Positions 10,217 through 20,408 of a stretch of 64,000 bases of DNA are shown piece after piece (the stretch's first letter is position 1; every line of letters begins with the position of its first letter). Origin of the DNA: an uncultured delta proteobacterium (GTDB taxonomy: Bacteria > Desulfobacterota > WTBG01 > CAIYCZ01). The stretch is from contig CAWDOY010000003.1 in NCBI GenBank assembly GCA_963803975.1, forward strand, positions 96,001 through 160,000. Reading direction: 5' to 3'. The notes under the pieces are model-generated. The model saw only the letters and a list, made by a program, of their open reading frames with translations, did no database searches and was not told where the DNA came from. Both the position numbers and the translations under genes were made by a program.

Positions 10217-10942
10217 CTATTTTGCTATGGTTGCTTTCTCTTCAAGCTGAGAAAAGACTGCGCTTATTTCATCCTGCAGCGCAGCGATCTGCGGCGCCTT
10301 CCAGTGGGAAAAGCGCTTCTGCTGCTTGATATAGTCAGATACCGGCCGCGGATTAGGCTCATCAACGGTAACGTGATAAAAACCGCCGGCTATTTCATAA
10401 AGCGGGAAGAGCCGCGACTCTACCGCCATCCGGCCCAGGCGCACCGTGCTTTCAAACGGGTATTCCCAGCCAACAGGGCAGGGGCACAGGATATGGATGA
10501 AACACTGGCCCGCGGTTTCCCAGCCGCGCCGCACCTTCTCAATAAGGTCAAAAGGATGGCTCGGACAGGCGGTAGCCACATAGGAAAAACTATTGGCCAC
10601 GGCAATGGCAGGCTGTTTCTTGATGAGCGCGTCCTTGTCGATTTTTCCCTCAACGCATTCATTGTCAAAACAGATATAGAGGGTGCCGCCTGCTTGCGCA
10701 TCTTTGGCAATGCTCAGCAATGCAGGCTCTGTCGTTGATTTGCCGGATGGCGCAAGCACGGTGTGCTGCCAGGGTATCTGCCATTGTGCTTTTTCAAAAT
10801 CTTTAACTCTTTCTTCCAGAGCTTTGTACACATGCCGGACTGCCAGTGCCACGCCGCATCCCTGACAGGCGCGGTGCCCCTTGGGGGCAAACTGCTCACG
10901 AAATGATAATAATTGTCCCGCGTATAAGCTGAATTTATCCAT
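10217..10942 (-). CDS. Degenerate 2-oxoacid:ferredoxin oxidoreductase beta-subunit-like protein
   Basis: GHRACQGCG, DNE, YVATA, CPCPVGW and FPLYE retained; TGC, GGDG and YMNTG missing; ATG at 10942 overlaps the upstream stop. Confidence 0.8.
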   Translation of the reverse strand: MDKFSLYAGQLLSFREQFAPKGHRACQGCGVALAVRHVYKALEERVKDFEKAQWQIPWQHTVLAPSGKSTTEPALLSIAKDAQAGGTLYICFDNECVEGKIDKDALIKKQPAIAVANSFSYVATACPSHPFDLIEKVRRGWETAGQCFIHILCPCPVGWEYPFESTVRLGRMAVESRLFPLYEIAGGFYHVTVDEPNPRPVSDYIKQQKRFSHWKAPQIAALQDEISAVFSQLEEKATIAK

Positions 10943-11220
10943 TAGCTCTCCTTTACCATGCTGATAGCGCCGAACCAGCACTCCCGGTGGCAAATACCGC
11001 ATCCTTTGCACAGCTCATCGTCTGCAGCAAAATAGCCATCCTCCTGGCGGCTGATGGCCGCATCAGGGCAGTACAGATAGCACAGAGCGCATCTGACACA
11101 CAGATCCTTGTCCCATTCTGGTTTTAGTTCCGGTTTGGTGCCCGGCTCAAAAGGTTTTGCCTTTTTTGTTTCCAGCAGATAGCAGCCAACCTTCTCCTGT
11201 TTAAATGTCTTCTCAGTCAA
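10942..11220 (-). CDS. 2x[4Fe-4S] ferredoxin (PorD/delta-subunit-like)
   Basis: CVRCALCYLYCP and CKGCGICHREC; TTG start at 11220 after AAAGGAGA. Confidence 0.85.
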   Translation of the reverse strand: MTEKTFKQEKVGCYLLETKKAKPFEPGTKPELKPEWDKDLCVRCALCYLYCPDAAISRQEDGYFAADDELCKGCGICHRECWFGAISMVKES

Positions 11221-11645
11221 TGCAGGATCTCCTTTTATAAACAATCGAGTTTGTGATTTATTGACCGGCCTATGCCTTTCCAGCCTGGGCGGGATAGGGC
11301 AGGGGTGCTTTGCAATTGACTTGCGTATTGAAGGTGTAATCCCCTTATACGATGAAAAAACTTATCGTTAACTCTGTAAAATGTCAAGATGTTTTTAGAC
11401 CATTACAAAAAAGATTGATTCGCATTACAAAAAGAGATAAACATGCATTCCCATGGTAACTTTTTAAATAAAAAGACTAATATTTGTCACAATAAGAATT
11501 GCGTGTTATACTTAATCTCAGATGCCGACAATTTATACAAGACTCCTTCAGGGCATCGCAATGTAAAAAAATCCCAGCGTAAAAACAAGTACCGTATCAC
11601 TTCTGCCAAGTCAATACATTACAAAACCGAGAAAAGGAGAGCAGC

Positions 11646-13999
11646 GTGAAAAAAGATAGCAGCATAATTCTAAGGATATTATTCGTTGTCTGCCTGTTTC
11701 AGCTGATTGCCGGGTTATTATATGCCCCTGCTTCATTAGCGCAATGTCCACCCCAGGGTTATCCTGACTATACGGTTGATTGTTTTAATGCATGGTGCTG
11801 CAAGCAGGATGAAAGCTGTTGTTCTGACCTGTATGGCAATTATGGTTGCTGCCCGCCAGCCACCGTATGCTGCTATGATGAGAATGGATATGCTGACTGC
11901 TGTCCCTCAGGGCAAACAACTACCATCCCCTCAGCTACGACATCTACTGTCACGGGAGGAGAAACTACTACAACGACCATCCCGGCAGGAGAAACGACTA
12001 CAACTACCGTCCCCGCAGCCACTTCGTCTACTGTCCCGGGAGGCGTAACTACCACAACGACTCAGGGAGTCGGCGGCCCCGACACGTATCTGGCTGCAAT
12101 CAATATAACGGGAACCGGTGCTCAGGATTCGCCGCAACCCTCAGGAACGCTGCCCGGCACCAGCCCTTCGGAAGCAGCGCCGCTCATGGCTTACGAAGGC
12201 ATTGGTCGGCCTATGTCGTTAATCATCCAGGACAGGTTTTTCCCGCCGCTTGATAAAAAGCTGTATGAAAAATCGCTGGAGGCATTAAAGGAAGAGAGAC
12301 TGTCAGCAGGGCCTAAGATTTCAACCTATGCTATCGGTGATGTAAAACAGTTCTGGGTAAAAGATGACAAGGATTTTGCCTGGCGGCAGGTCACGGCAAC
12401 CAATAAAAAAGAGGGAGCGCACAGCCTTATCTTTGTTGATAATACATCTGAACATGGCAGACGCAACACTTGAAACATACTCCTCAGAATTCGAGACAAT
12501 GTTTACCATTATTTCGAATAATATAGGTACATACAGTGACCGGGATGGGAACGGCAAAATTATAATATTAATCTATGACATTAATGATGGTGCCACTGTA
12601 CAGACAGGATGGCTGGCAGGATATTTCTGGAGCAAGGATTATATAAATGATTCGGTAACACAGCCCCAGGGGGTGCGGAGCAATGAAACGGACATGATTT
12701 ACATCCGAGGGAATGATCCTACCGGATGGACTACGGCGAATGGTGACTTTGCCGCAACCACGCTCACCACGCTCATCCATGAATACCAGCATATGGTGCA
12801 TTTCGGCATCATCTACTGGCAACCCCAGCTGGCCGGGAAAACCGGGAGCTTTGACGATACCTGGATAAATGAGATGATGTCCATGGCGTCAGAGACCATG
12901 TACTTCAAGAAAAAGCTTGCAGATAATCCGTCCTATACGTATGACGGAATGCTGCCGGGCGGATACCTGGAAGACCGGATACGGTTTTATAATAAAGACC
13001 CAAAAAACAGCATCCGCAATGGCCACGGTCTGGTCTACTGGGACAATAAGGGAGATGTGTTCTCAAATTACTCTCTGGCATATATCTTTGGGCAGTATCT
13101 TAACCTCCAGTCCAGCAGCGGGCAGGGAATTTATAAAGAGATATTGGATTATATGACGACAAACTCCGTGTATGATTACCGGGCAGTTGAAGAAGTGGCA
13201 AAACAGCGGCTGACGGGGATTGGAAGCTGGGAAGACCTCATTAAAAGCTGGGCGGTAGCCAATATACTCAACCAGGCAAGCGGTCTGTACGGGTACAAGG
13301 GCGCTTTCAGCCTGACGCCCCATGGCCCCACATCCGCAAATGTCACCATCCACAGCGGCGGCGTAGTGTACCGGACATTAAACGGCAACTGGACCAGGCC
13401 TGGTGATGCCGGGGCTGGCATTACGTATTGTGGTTTCAATTCTTCGGGTGAAGTAACCTGTAAATCTTCAGGTGGGGCTACAACGACGATTCCCGGAAAT
13501 AACTGCCCGCCTGAGTACCCGGTTGACTGCAATAATGGCTACTGCTGCCCGAGCAACCTGCCGGTCTGCGGTACCGGTAATAAGGTGGGAAGATGTTTAA
13601 GAAAGGGAATCTGCGTCAGCTCACTCATGTTCGGCAAAGATTCATATGAGAATAATCTCCTGCGATCATTCCGGGATCAGGTTCTTGAGCAGAACAGCAG
13701 AGGCGCGGAATTATCAAACCTCTATTACCAGCATACCGGCGAGCTGGCGGTTATTATCATGGGAGACCGGGAACTATACAAAGAGGTGATGGATGTTGCC
13801 CTGCAGGTGCTTCCTGAGATTGAGTCTGCGCTGCAGGGCTCGGAGATTGTTCATAGAAAAAGATCTGGAAAATAAAATTAGTCAGCTGTGCGAAAGGATA
13901 GCGCGCAAGGCAAGCCCGGATTTGAGGATGGCGGTTGAGAAGATCAGGGAAGACTTGAAAACCGGCCAGCTGTTGCGCGAACTCAGGCTCGCGAGGTAA
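11646..13999 (+). CDS. Secreted zinc metallopeptidase (gluzincin, M30-like) with Cys-rich domains, Thr-rich linker and CFI-box-CTERM-like tail; frameshifts near 12450 and 13850
   Basis: Signal peptide, CC-rich N-terminus, TTTIP linker, HEYQH...WINE; ORFs 11646-12473, 12364-13875 and 13793-13999 join. Confidence 0.75.
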
Positions 14000-14017
14000 C
14001 CAGCGGCCGGCAAACGA

Positions 14018-14559
14018 TCACTTTTTCTTTTCAAACGAGAGAGAGGCCGAATTAATGCAGTAGCGCAGCCCTGTCGGTTTTGGCCCGTCATCAAAAACAT
14101 GGCCAAGGTGCGCGTCACAGCGGCTGCACAGCACTTCGGTGCGCTCCATGAAATAACTCTTGTCTGTTACCGTCCGGATATTTTCTTTTACAACAGGCTG
14201 CCAGAAGCTCGGCCAGCCAGTGCCTGATTCAAACTTTGTATCGGAAGAGAACAGATCAGTCCCGCAGCACACGCACGTGTATGTCCCCTCCTCATGATTA
14301 TTCCAGTATTTCCCGGTAAACGGCGGCTCAGTGCCTTTTTTACGCGCTACATCAAACTGCTCGGGGTGAGTTCCTTCTTCCATTCCTGGTCACTTTTTAT
14401 AACCTTATCAGCCATAATAAATCCTTTTTGCTTTACTGAGTAAAGCCTGATTTGATTTTTTGTAGCGGGTATGTTCTGTTCACCAGCAAAAGCAAGAACG
14501 GAAAATGCAACTATTAATAAAGAATAAAATGATGTGATTGGCTTCATAATATCAAACAT
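14018..14559 (-). CDS. msrB: Peptide methionine sulfoxide reductase B with probable signal peptide; frameshift near 14375
   Basis: [23 protein letters not shown] and RYCINS. Confidence 0.92.
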
Positions 14560-14707
14560 TAAATAGCAAATATATGATTATATAATTAGCATGTGATGTA
14601 ACTTGTTACAAGGTGTATGGTAAAAGAATGACATTCAGATGAAAAATGAATGCAAAACAACCCCTGAAAACTGATAATAAATGCTTATATAGATAAGAGA
14701 TTTTAAA

Positions 14708-14750
14708 TTAAAAAGAGCAGGGCCATTATCTGACACTGCTCTTTTTAATT
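14708..14750 (-). terminator. Intrinsic terminator downstream of the small peptide ORF
   Basis: AAAAAGAGCAG...CTGCTCTTTTT inverted repeat. Confidence 0.7.
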
Positions 14751-14798
14751 GTTTTGTAATGACCCTTACTTGGAATTTTTATGTTATTATCAATTTAA

Positions 14799-14912
14799 TT
14801 ATTGATATGTCGGACATGGACTTGGTGAGCAGGTCTGGGCAGGGCCCAGCAATTCAATAATTTCATCTTCTGAATAAGTTATAACTTTTGGTGCTTCATA
14901 TTCTTTTTTCAT
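14799..14912 (-). CDS. 37-aa peptide MKKEYEAPKVITYSEDEIIELLGPAQTCSPSPCPTYQ, RiPP-precursor-like (not in the ORF track)
   Basis: Translated by hand; strong AAAGGAGGA RBS before the ATG; terminator downstream; YxxP-type leader and Cys-containing core. Confidence 0.7.
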   Translation of the reverse strand: MKKEYEAPKVITYSEDEIIELLGPAQTCSPSPCPTYQ

Positions 14913-15058
14913 TCTTAATGTCCTCCTTTAAACTTTATATCAGTCTTTTATTATATAGTTTATTAATGTAGTGGTTGCTGCTGCTGAATAATTATCAGTA
15001 CAGCTAAACCAAATTCCGTGTAATCATAGCTTTATTAAAGCACCGCCTCCTGTTACGT

Positions 15059-15689
15059 TTATACAAGCCCTGAATTACGGGGTGCAGGTAGGGATTGGGT
15101 AGTTAGCTGAATCCCAAGGACTAACTTTTGTGTATCCGCCCACATGACACTTAAAGCAGAAATTTCCTCCACTAATGCCGTTAAATCCACCTGGATAATT
15201 ATAGTCAGTGCACAAATTTGCTTCATGTTGCGGAATTAGCAGGAGGTATAATGGGATTATTCCCCGTTACATAGCATTGGCTGAAATTCTGGCAGAACCG
15301 CCTCCCTGAAAATTAATATTTTCAATTCTATAAGCATACTGGGCACTGGTGTCCAGAAGCGCCTGGGGATACAGAGTGACACTCTTGCGGTCATCAGAAG
15401 CAGCCACGTCACAGGCAACATCAGTAAAGAACATAGTCAAATCCGCTAAACTAGCTGCAGCTTCTTGACACAGTAGGTCATGTCAGGCTGATTGCCGATC
15501 ATGGCAACCGGTGAGTCAAGATCAATGAGCATGATAGTATTGGTTGTCAGCCCGTTCCAGGACTCCGGGAGAGCCAGGATAGCCGCTGGTGATGCTTGCT
15601 CCAAAACAGGGCCAATCAGTACAAGCATGGGGAGTAGCTCATAATGCCAGTAGAAGCTATTGCAGAGTCTTTTTAAAAAGTGGTTTCAT
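15059..15689 (-). CDS. Exported protein with a C-terminal CxxCH heme-c motif (multiply frameshifted)
   Basis: RBS AAAAGGAGA then ATG 15689; signal-like N-terminus; beta-rich body (DDRKSVTLYPQALLDTSAQYAYRI); NFCFKCH at 15144-15158. Confidence 0.55.
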
Positions 15690-15724
15690 GGGATATCTCC
15701 TTTTTATTAGATTTGCTTTTGTTA

Positions 15725-17268
15725 TCAGACAATAAACTTTCTTAATTGTTTTACCATCATCTCTTATCACATGGACTGAGCAGGCCATGACACGGGTCAA
15801 AGGTATGTATTACCCTGACCGCTTCAATCGGCTGTGCTGCATTCAGCAACAGGAGTGCCGATGAGCGCCTGTTCTATCGCGCCCTTGCTCCCGTCAGCAT
15901 CCAGTGGTGAAGCATTCCAGCAGGTTGGTGTTATGATCTGGTAGTGGGAAATCTTTCTCAGTAGTCATCATATTTGACCCAGTGGCCAAGGGCACCTCTG
16001 ATTGCCTCGGTTAGATCCGCTGCCACTGCCATTGGCAGGAATTTCATAGGGAATGAAAGAAGGACTCTGAAAGCATTGCGCTGCAGGTCTGTCAACCAGC
16101 CAACCATGGCGTTCGCAACTTTTAGCGACTCATAGCGGCCTGACTAATCTCCGGTCAGCAACAGAAATCTGGGCAGGATAGTCTCCTGTTACCACCATGC
16201 GTGCCAGCGGGCCCACTTCATACACATCTTTAGTTGACGCCATTGGTTTTATACCGGGGTGCCTTAAGCCAGGAATACGCCCCTGCCTTGCCAGGGAAAG
16301 CACTGGGAGGAGTGGGCGCAGGATTAGATAGGAGTAATTATGGGGTTAGTTACTCCATTGAACGGCTGCAGATTGTCAGCACCTGTGTACCATGCGTGGA
16401 GTACGTCCTCAACAATATTATTTTGATCCATAACCGGGACAGTATTTGCACCATCGTAAATCCCTCGTCTTCAAGAAGGCAGGTATTCACGCTGTCTGTG
16501 CCCTGCGGAAATACACCGTAGCTCAGTAATTTTCCAGGGCCGACACCAATGCTTAAATAATCAGCATAATAACCGCCGGGACTAAAAAGAAGGTTCATAT
16601 CCGGAATGTAGCTGCCGGTGATGAAGGTCTTTATATCGGTGAGCAGACGTGGTCATGGTGGCAATATCAGCAGCTGACGGGTGTCGCAGAATTCCCGCCT
16701 CCGATGAAGGTTGCTCCATGGGGCTGTTTGCCCGCCGAGGATTGCGCAGATGGTGTGGGCTTTTCTCCTGGCGGTAAGGGCTGCAACGTAATTCCCGGTT
16801 AATGCGTTTGTGTCTGCTAAATTAGGCCTCCTGTCGCCTCCATAGATCGGCGCCCAGGGGCCCAGTTCAAGGTGCCAGCGCCAAGGACCGTGGAGGACGG
16901 CATATCAATATAGTCCTGCAGCATAGAGGTGTAGCAGTGCAGGACGTGGCTGTGCAGAAATTCAGCGCCGTGAATGAGGTTGTGTCATGAGCCTGCCCTT
17001 GGGCGTGGGCTGAACATTTGCAGCAACATCCATGGCATTTACCGCTGCAATGGCATGGATAGTCGGGACAAACGCCGCACACCCGCTGGGTAATGAGCGG
17101 TGCATCAAGGGGTTCCTGGCCGACCATGAAATTTTCAAACCCTCGATACATGTTCCCTGCCATCTGTGCATCTGTTACCGCCCCATGGTAGTGTTGTCAA
17201 TGGTCAGGATGACCTTCAAGATGTCCTTCAATCCTTGGTATTGGATCTATTATTGTTGTTACAGCCAT
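15725..17268 (-). CDS. [NiFe]-hydrogenase large subunit, group 1 type (many frameshifts)
   Basis: IDPIPRIEGHL, RGFE, QRVCGVCP, EVGPLAR, RGALGHW, PTCWNASP and HTFDPC-MACSVH followed by a cleavable extension. Confidence 0.85.
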
Positions 17269-17290
17269 AGTGTGCTCCTTTTATAATAAG

Positions 17291-18375
17291 TCAATTGTTA
17301 TGTTCTAATTGTTTTAATTCGGGAACGGTAATGTTATTTATTTGACGGTTAAAAGGAACTGCTGGAAACATCGGTTGTGAGCAGCCGATGCAGAGATGGT
17401 TAATGCCAGGGGCATTGCACCATTTTCCGTGTGCCGCCAGTTCCCGTGCTGTTCCATCCCCTTGTGGGGCAGTCCGCATAGGTTTCTGTGCCTCTGCAGC
17501 CGACTGCTCTTAAACATTTAACCGGGTCACCGACACTGAATCGGCAAAGTTGCCCGACGTCATGCTGCGGTTTTCTCGGGCATTGGCTGTGAACGGTATT
17601 TTGGAAAAGAGGTATCACTGTTGTTCCGATGGTGACGGTTGTCGGTCTTCTATAACTATCTCGTGGAGGCAGAATAGCAGCCAGTTGGTGCTAATAATAT
17701 GTACAATTGACAGTACTATCCAGTCAGGATGTACCGGGCATCCGGGGATATAAGACGCTTCTTGCGACGGTAGTTTATAATTCGTATTCCAGCGTAGCCC
17801 ACATAAGGTGCACTCCAGTATGGATTGGCGGTGATTGCTTCTGGGTACATTCTGGAACTGATTCCCCCCGATGGCATTTACTCCACCATAAGCAGGCGCA
17901 GGCACCCACATAGATTACAGCCTTTGCGCGCTGCTCCCACCGGTTAAAGGCATCAATCAACATTCATGACTCCAACTGCGCAGTAGTGCTGTCTTCTCCT
18001 ACAATGGCATAGCCATTAAGATTGCTTAAAGCACCCGGTTAAGACAAGAATATATGGTGTCGTTGGGTAATTATCAGTATACCGCCTTTGCCTGCATCAA
18101 TGGCCATTTGCCCGGATGCCCCCATGAGAACGCTTTCGATATTTGAGTTCAATGTTATTCAGCAGGACACTTTCAATGCCGGCAGATACGCCATCAAAAT
18201 AATTGGCAAGCGATACAACGCATCCTGAATCCCCAAGCCCTTCAAACCATATGACCGGCGGTCTTCCTGAGCCAGCTAATGCCTCATTCAGTTTGAACAT
18301 GTCAAACTGAGTTGCACCTACTGCTGCAGCTGAATAGGCAGCCATCCGTAAAAAGTCTCGACGTGATATTTTCAT
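17291..18375 (-). CDS. [NiFe]-hydrogenase small subunit with Tat signal (many frameshifts)
   Basis: SRRDFL Tat motif, PPVIW, VGACA.YGG, IPGCPVHP, HSQCPR, CL..VGCRG, DCP..GWN and CIGCSQP. Confidence 0.85.
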
Positions 18376-18414
18376 AATAAGTTCTCCCTATAAAAGGTTA
18401 TTGTTACAAATCAT

Positions 18415-19407
18415 TTAGTTTTGATGGAATAGAGAGTATATCCATCGCGGAGTTGCCCTGACCGGTTTATGTTCGGTTACAGTGCCGGCTGTATCAACGT
18501 CTTCAAGTTTGTATATGTATATAATGCCATTTCTTACATCATCATCTACGTAGGTATATTCTGCTCCGGATGTTGCAGTGCCCTTTGCCGGAATCAGCGT
18601 GTCATTCAGTTTGGTCATCTCGGATGAACCAATGACACCGCGATAAATATTGAAGCCTGCCGTGTCTATCTCGCTCTCAGTCCTCCACATAAGTGTTACT
18701 TCACCATCTCCAGGGATTGCTGAAAAATTTGAAAGTTCAATTACCGTTGGTATTGCTGTAGTGGTAGTTGTTGAACCTGTAATAGTTGTTGTTGTGGTTG
18801 GTGGTGGAGTTCCCTCATAGATAACCCACACCACATTCTGGATCAAGCTGCAGTTGAGGACATTCGAGAACTGGACAGTGATAGTGCGTGTATCTTGATC
18901 ATTCCAGGGTGATGTAATATTCCAATAGGGATAGCTGACGCCGCTCTGGACCGATTGTACTGGTGTAATTGCGGGAAAAAGCTCTGTTGAAGCAAAAGAT
19001 GCAGGGTAAACATCCGCAGACCAGTCCATGATACCATGTATTGTTTGATGCTGTTGCCGTCTGGTCTGCATTAGAGAAAATGCTTGTCCCATCATAGGCC
19101 ATTGTTGACCAGGCAGCTGATGGTTGTGAACAAAGATTATTTGACCACAGAAAAAGATTAACTAAGCGGGGGTTTGTGAGTGTGTCGCCAGAAATATTTT
19201 TCAGTTCATAAGTCTTGGTTAAAGTATTTGATACAGGGTCATAAGAATAGGTCATATTTTGGAGTTGGATCGCAGTACTTAAGGGATCTGGTGCTGCTAA
19301 GTAGGTTAAGCTGCTTGGACGTGGGCAGGGTTGGCTGTCATTGCCGCTATGGCTATGAGCAGGGCAATGGCAATACTGTTTAGTGATGAACTACACCTTC
19401 GTTTCAT
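18415..19407 (-). CDS. Secreted protein with Thr-rich linker and C-terminal FN3-like domain (frameshifted)
   Basis: RBS and ATG 19407 with a signal peptide; PPPTTTTT linker; IELSNFSA..VTL.WRTESEIDTAGFNIYR...YKLEDVD domain. Confidence 0.65.
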
Positions 19408-19819
19408 AGTTAATCTCCTTTTGCTATTGTTTTTTGCCAGCACTATCGGTTTTTAGAACACGACATTGTTACCTCCTTATATTTATTTTTACGACTATCT
19501 TATAATTTTTTATGTTACTGAACAGGCACCGCGTACTGCATTTACTTTCATTGCAAACAGTATTTAACCATCATAATAGTAGACATTATGGGTAATCAAT
19601 TTTTAAAAATTAATTACTATGTTTATTTTTAGATGCGTTGCTGGGAAGGTAGGTGTTTTTTCTGTTGCTGTAATTCGTTTTATGTAATTAAGTATCTTCT
19701 TTAAAAATCAAAATGTCAAGAGGATAATGACTGTATTCGAAAAAAAATAAAATTAACAATAATGCCATAAAAATTAAAATAGCATAAAATAGAAAATATA
19801 TTAATTAATTATTTGAGCA

Positions 19820-20311
19820 TTATTTTTTATCTGTAATTATTATTGCTTTTTTTATCAATTCTTTAACAATTAACGCTATTAGTTTAGGGACCTTATCCTT
19901 TAAGCAATCACTGAGTTCCATGCCCCATGAGCTCATGTCCTCTGGTTCTATGCCAAAGAATATAATTTCAGGATTAATACCCAGCATCTTCCACTGATCA
20001 AGTGCCTCAAGAAACCCTATATCATGCACGGACATGGCCAGAGGAGTTGCAAAGTTGATATCATTGCGCGTGAAGCGATAGATAGTGCCGGGTTCACTGC
20101 CGGCTTTAACTGCATCGACAACGATTATAGTTTTACAATCCTCTATTTCATTTATAAGCGCAAAACCCAGAGTGCCTCCGTCAACTATTTTAACCGGGGG
20201 AGAGAAAGTATATTGCTGCTGCAGCGCTTCAATAACTCTTACGCCTACGCCTTCATCGCGGAGTAAAATATTACCTAAACCTATTATAGCGATACTGCTG
20301 TCGTGTTTCAT
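19820..20311 (-). CDS. Hydrogenase maturation endopeptidase (HyaD/HybD family)
   Basis: GLGNILLRDEGVG, DGGT, VDA and SVH. Confidence 0.92.
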   Translation of the reverse strand: MKHDSSIAIIGLGNILLRDEGVGVRVIEALQQQYTFSPPVKIVDGGTLGFALINEIEDCKTIIVVDAVKAGSEPGTIYRFTRNDINFATPLAMSVHDIGFLEALDQWKMLGINPEIIFFGIEPEDMSSWGMELSDCLKDKVPKLIALIVKELIKKAIIITDKK

Positions 20312-20408
20312 ATTTTATATTAATATGATACATAATAAGTACTTGTCAATGAGATAGGTCTAAAAAAGTAAACTGACAAAATAAAAAATTGCCCTGGAGT
20401 ATCCAAAT

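Noticed and set aside
10943..11011. N-terminal extension of the PorB-like ORF given in the track
   Set aside because: It overlaps the ferredoxin gene. ATG 10942, with an RBS and stop-start overlap, is the better start.
15770..15810. Selenocysteine ([NiFeSe]) at the large-subunit DPxxxC motif
   Set aside because: The sequence reads GAC CCG TGT C ATG GCC TGC, i.e. a Cys codon plus a 1-nt indel, with no TGA.
19443..19466. 7-codon ORF (MSCSKNR) after a perfect AAGGAGGT upstream of the secreted-protein gene
   Set aside because: Too short to support, and it lies in an indel-rich region.
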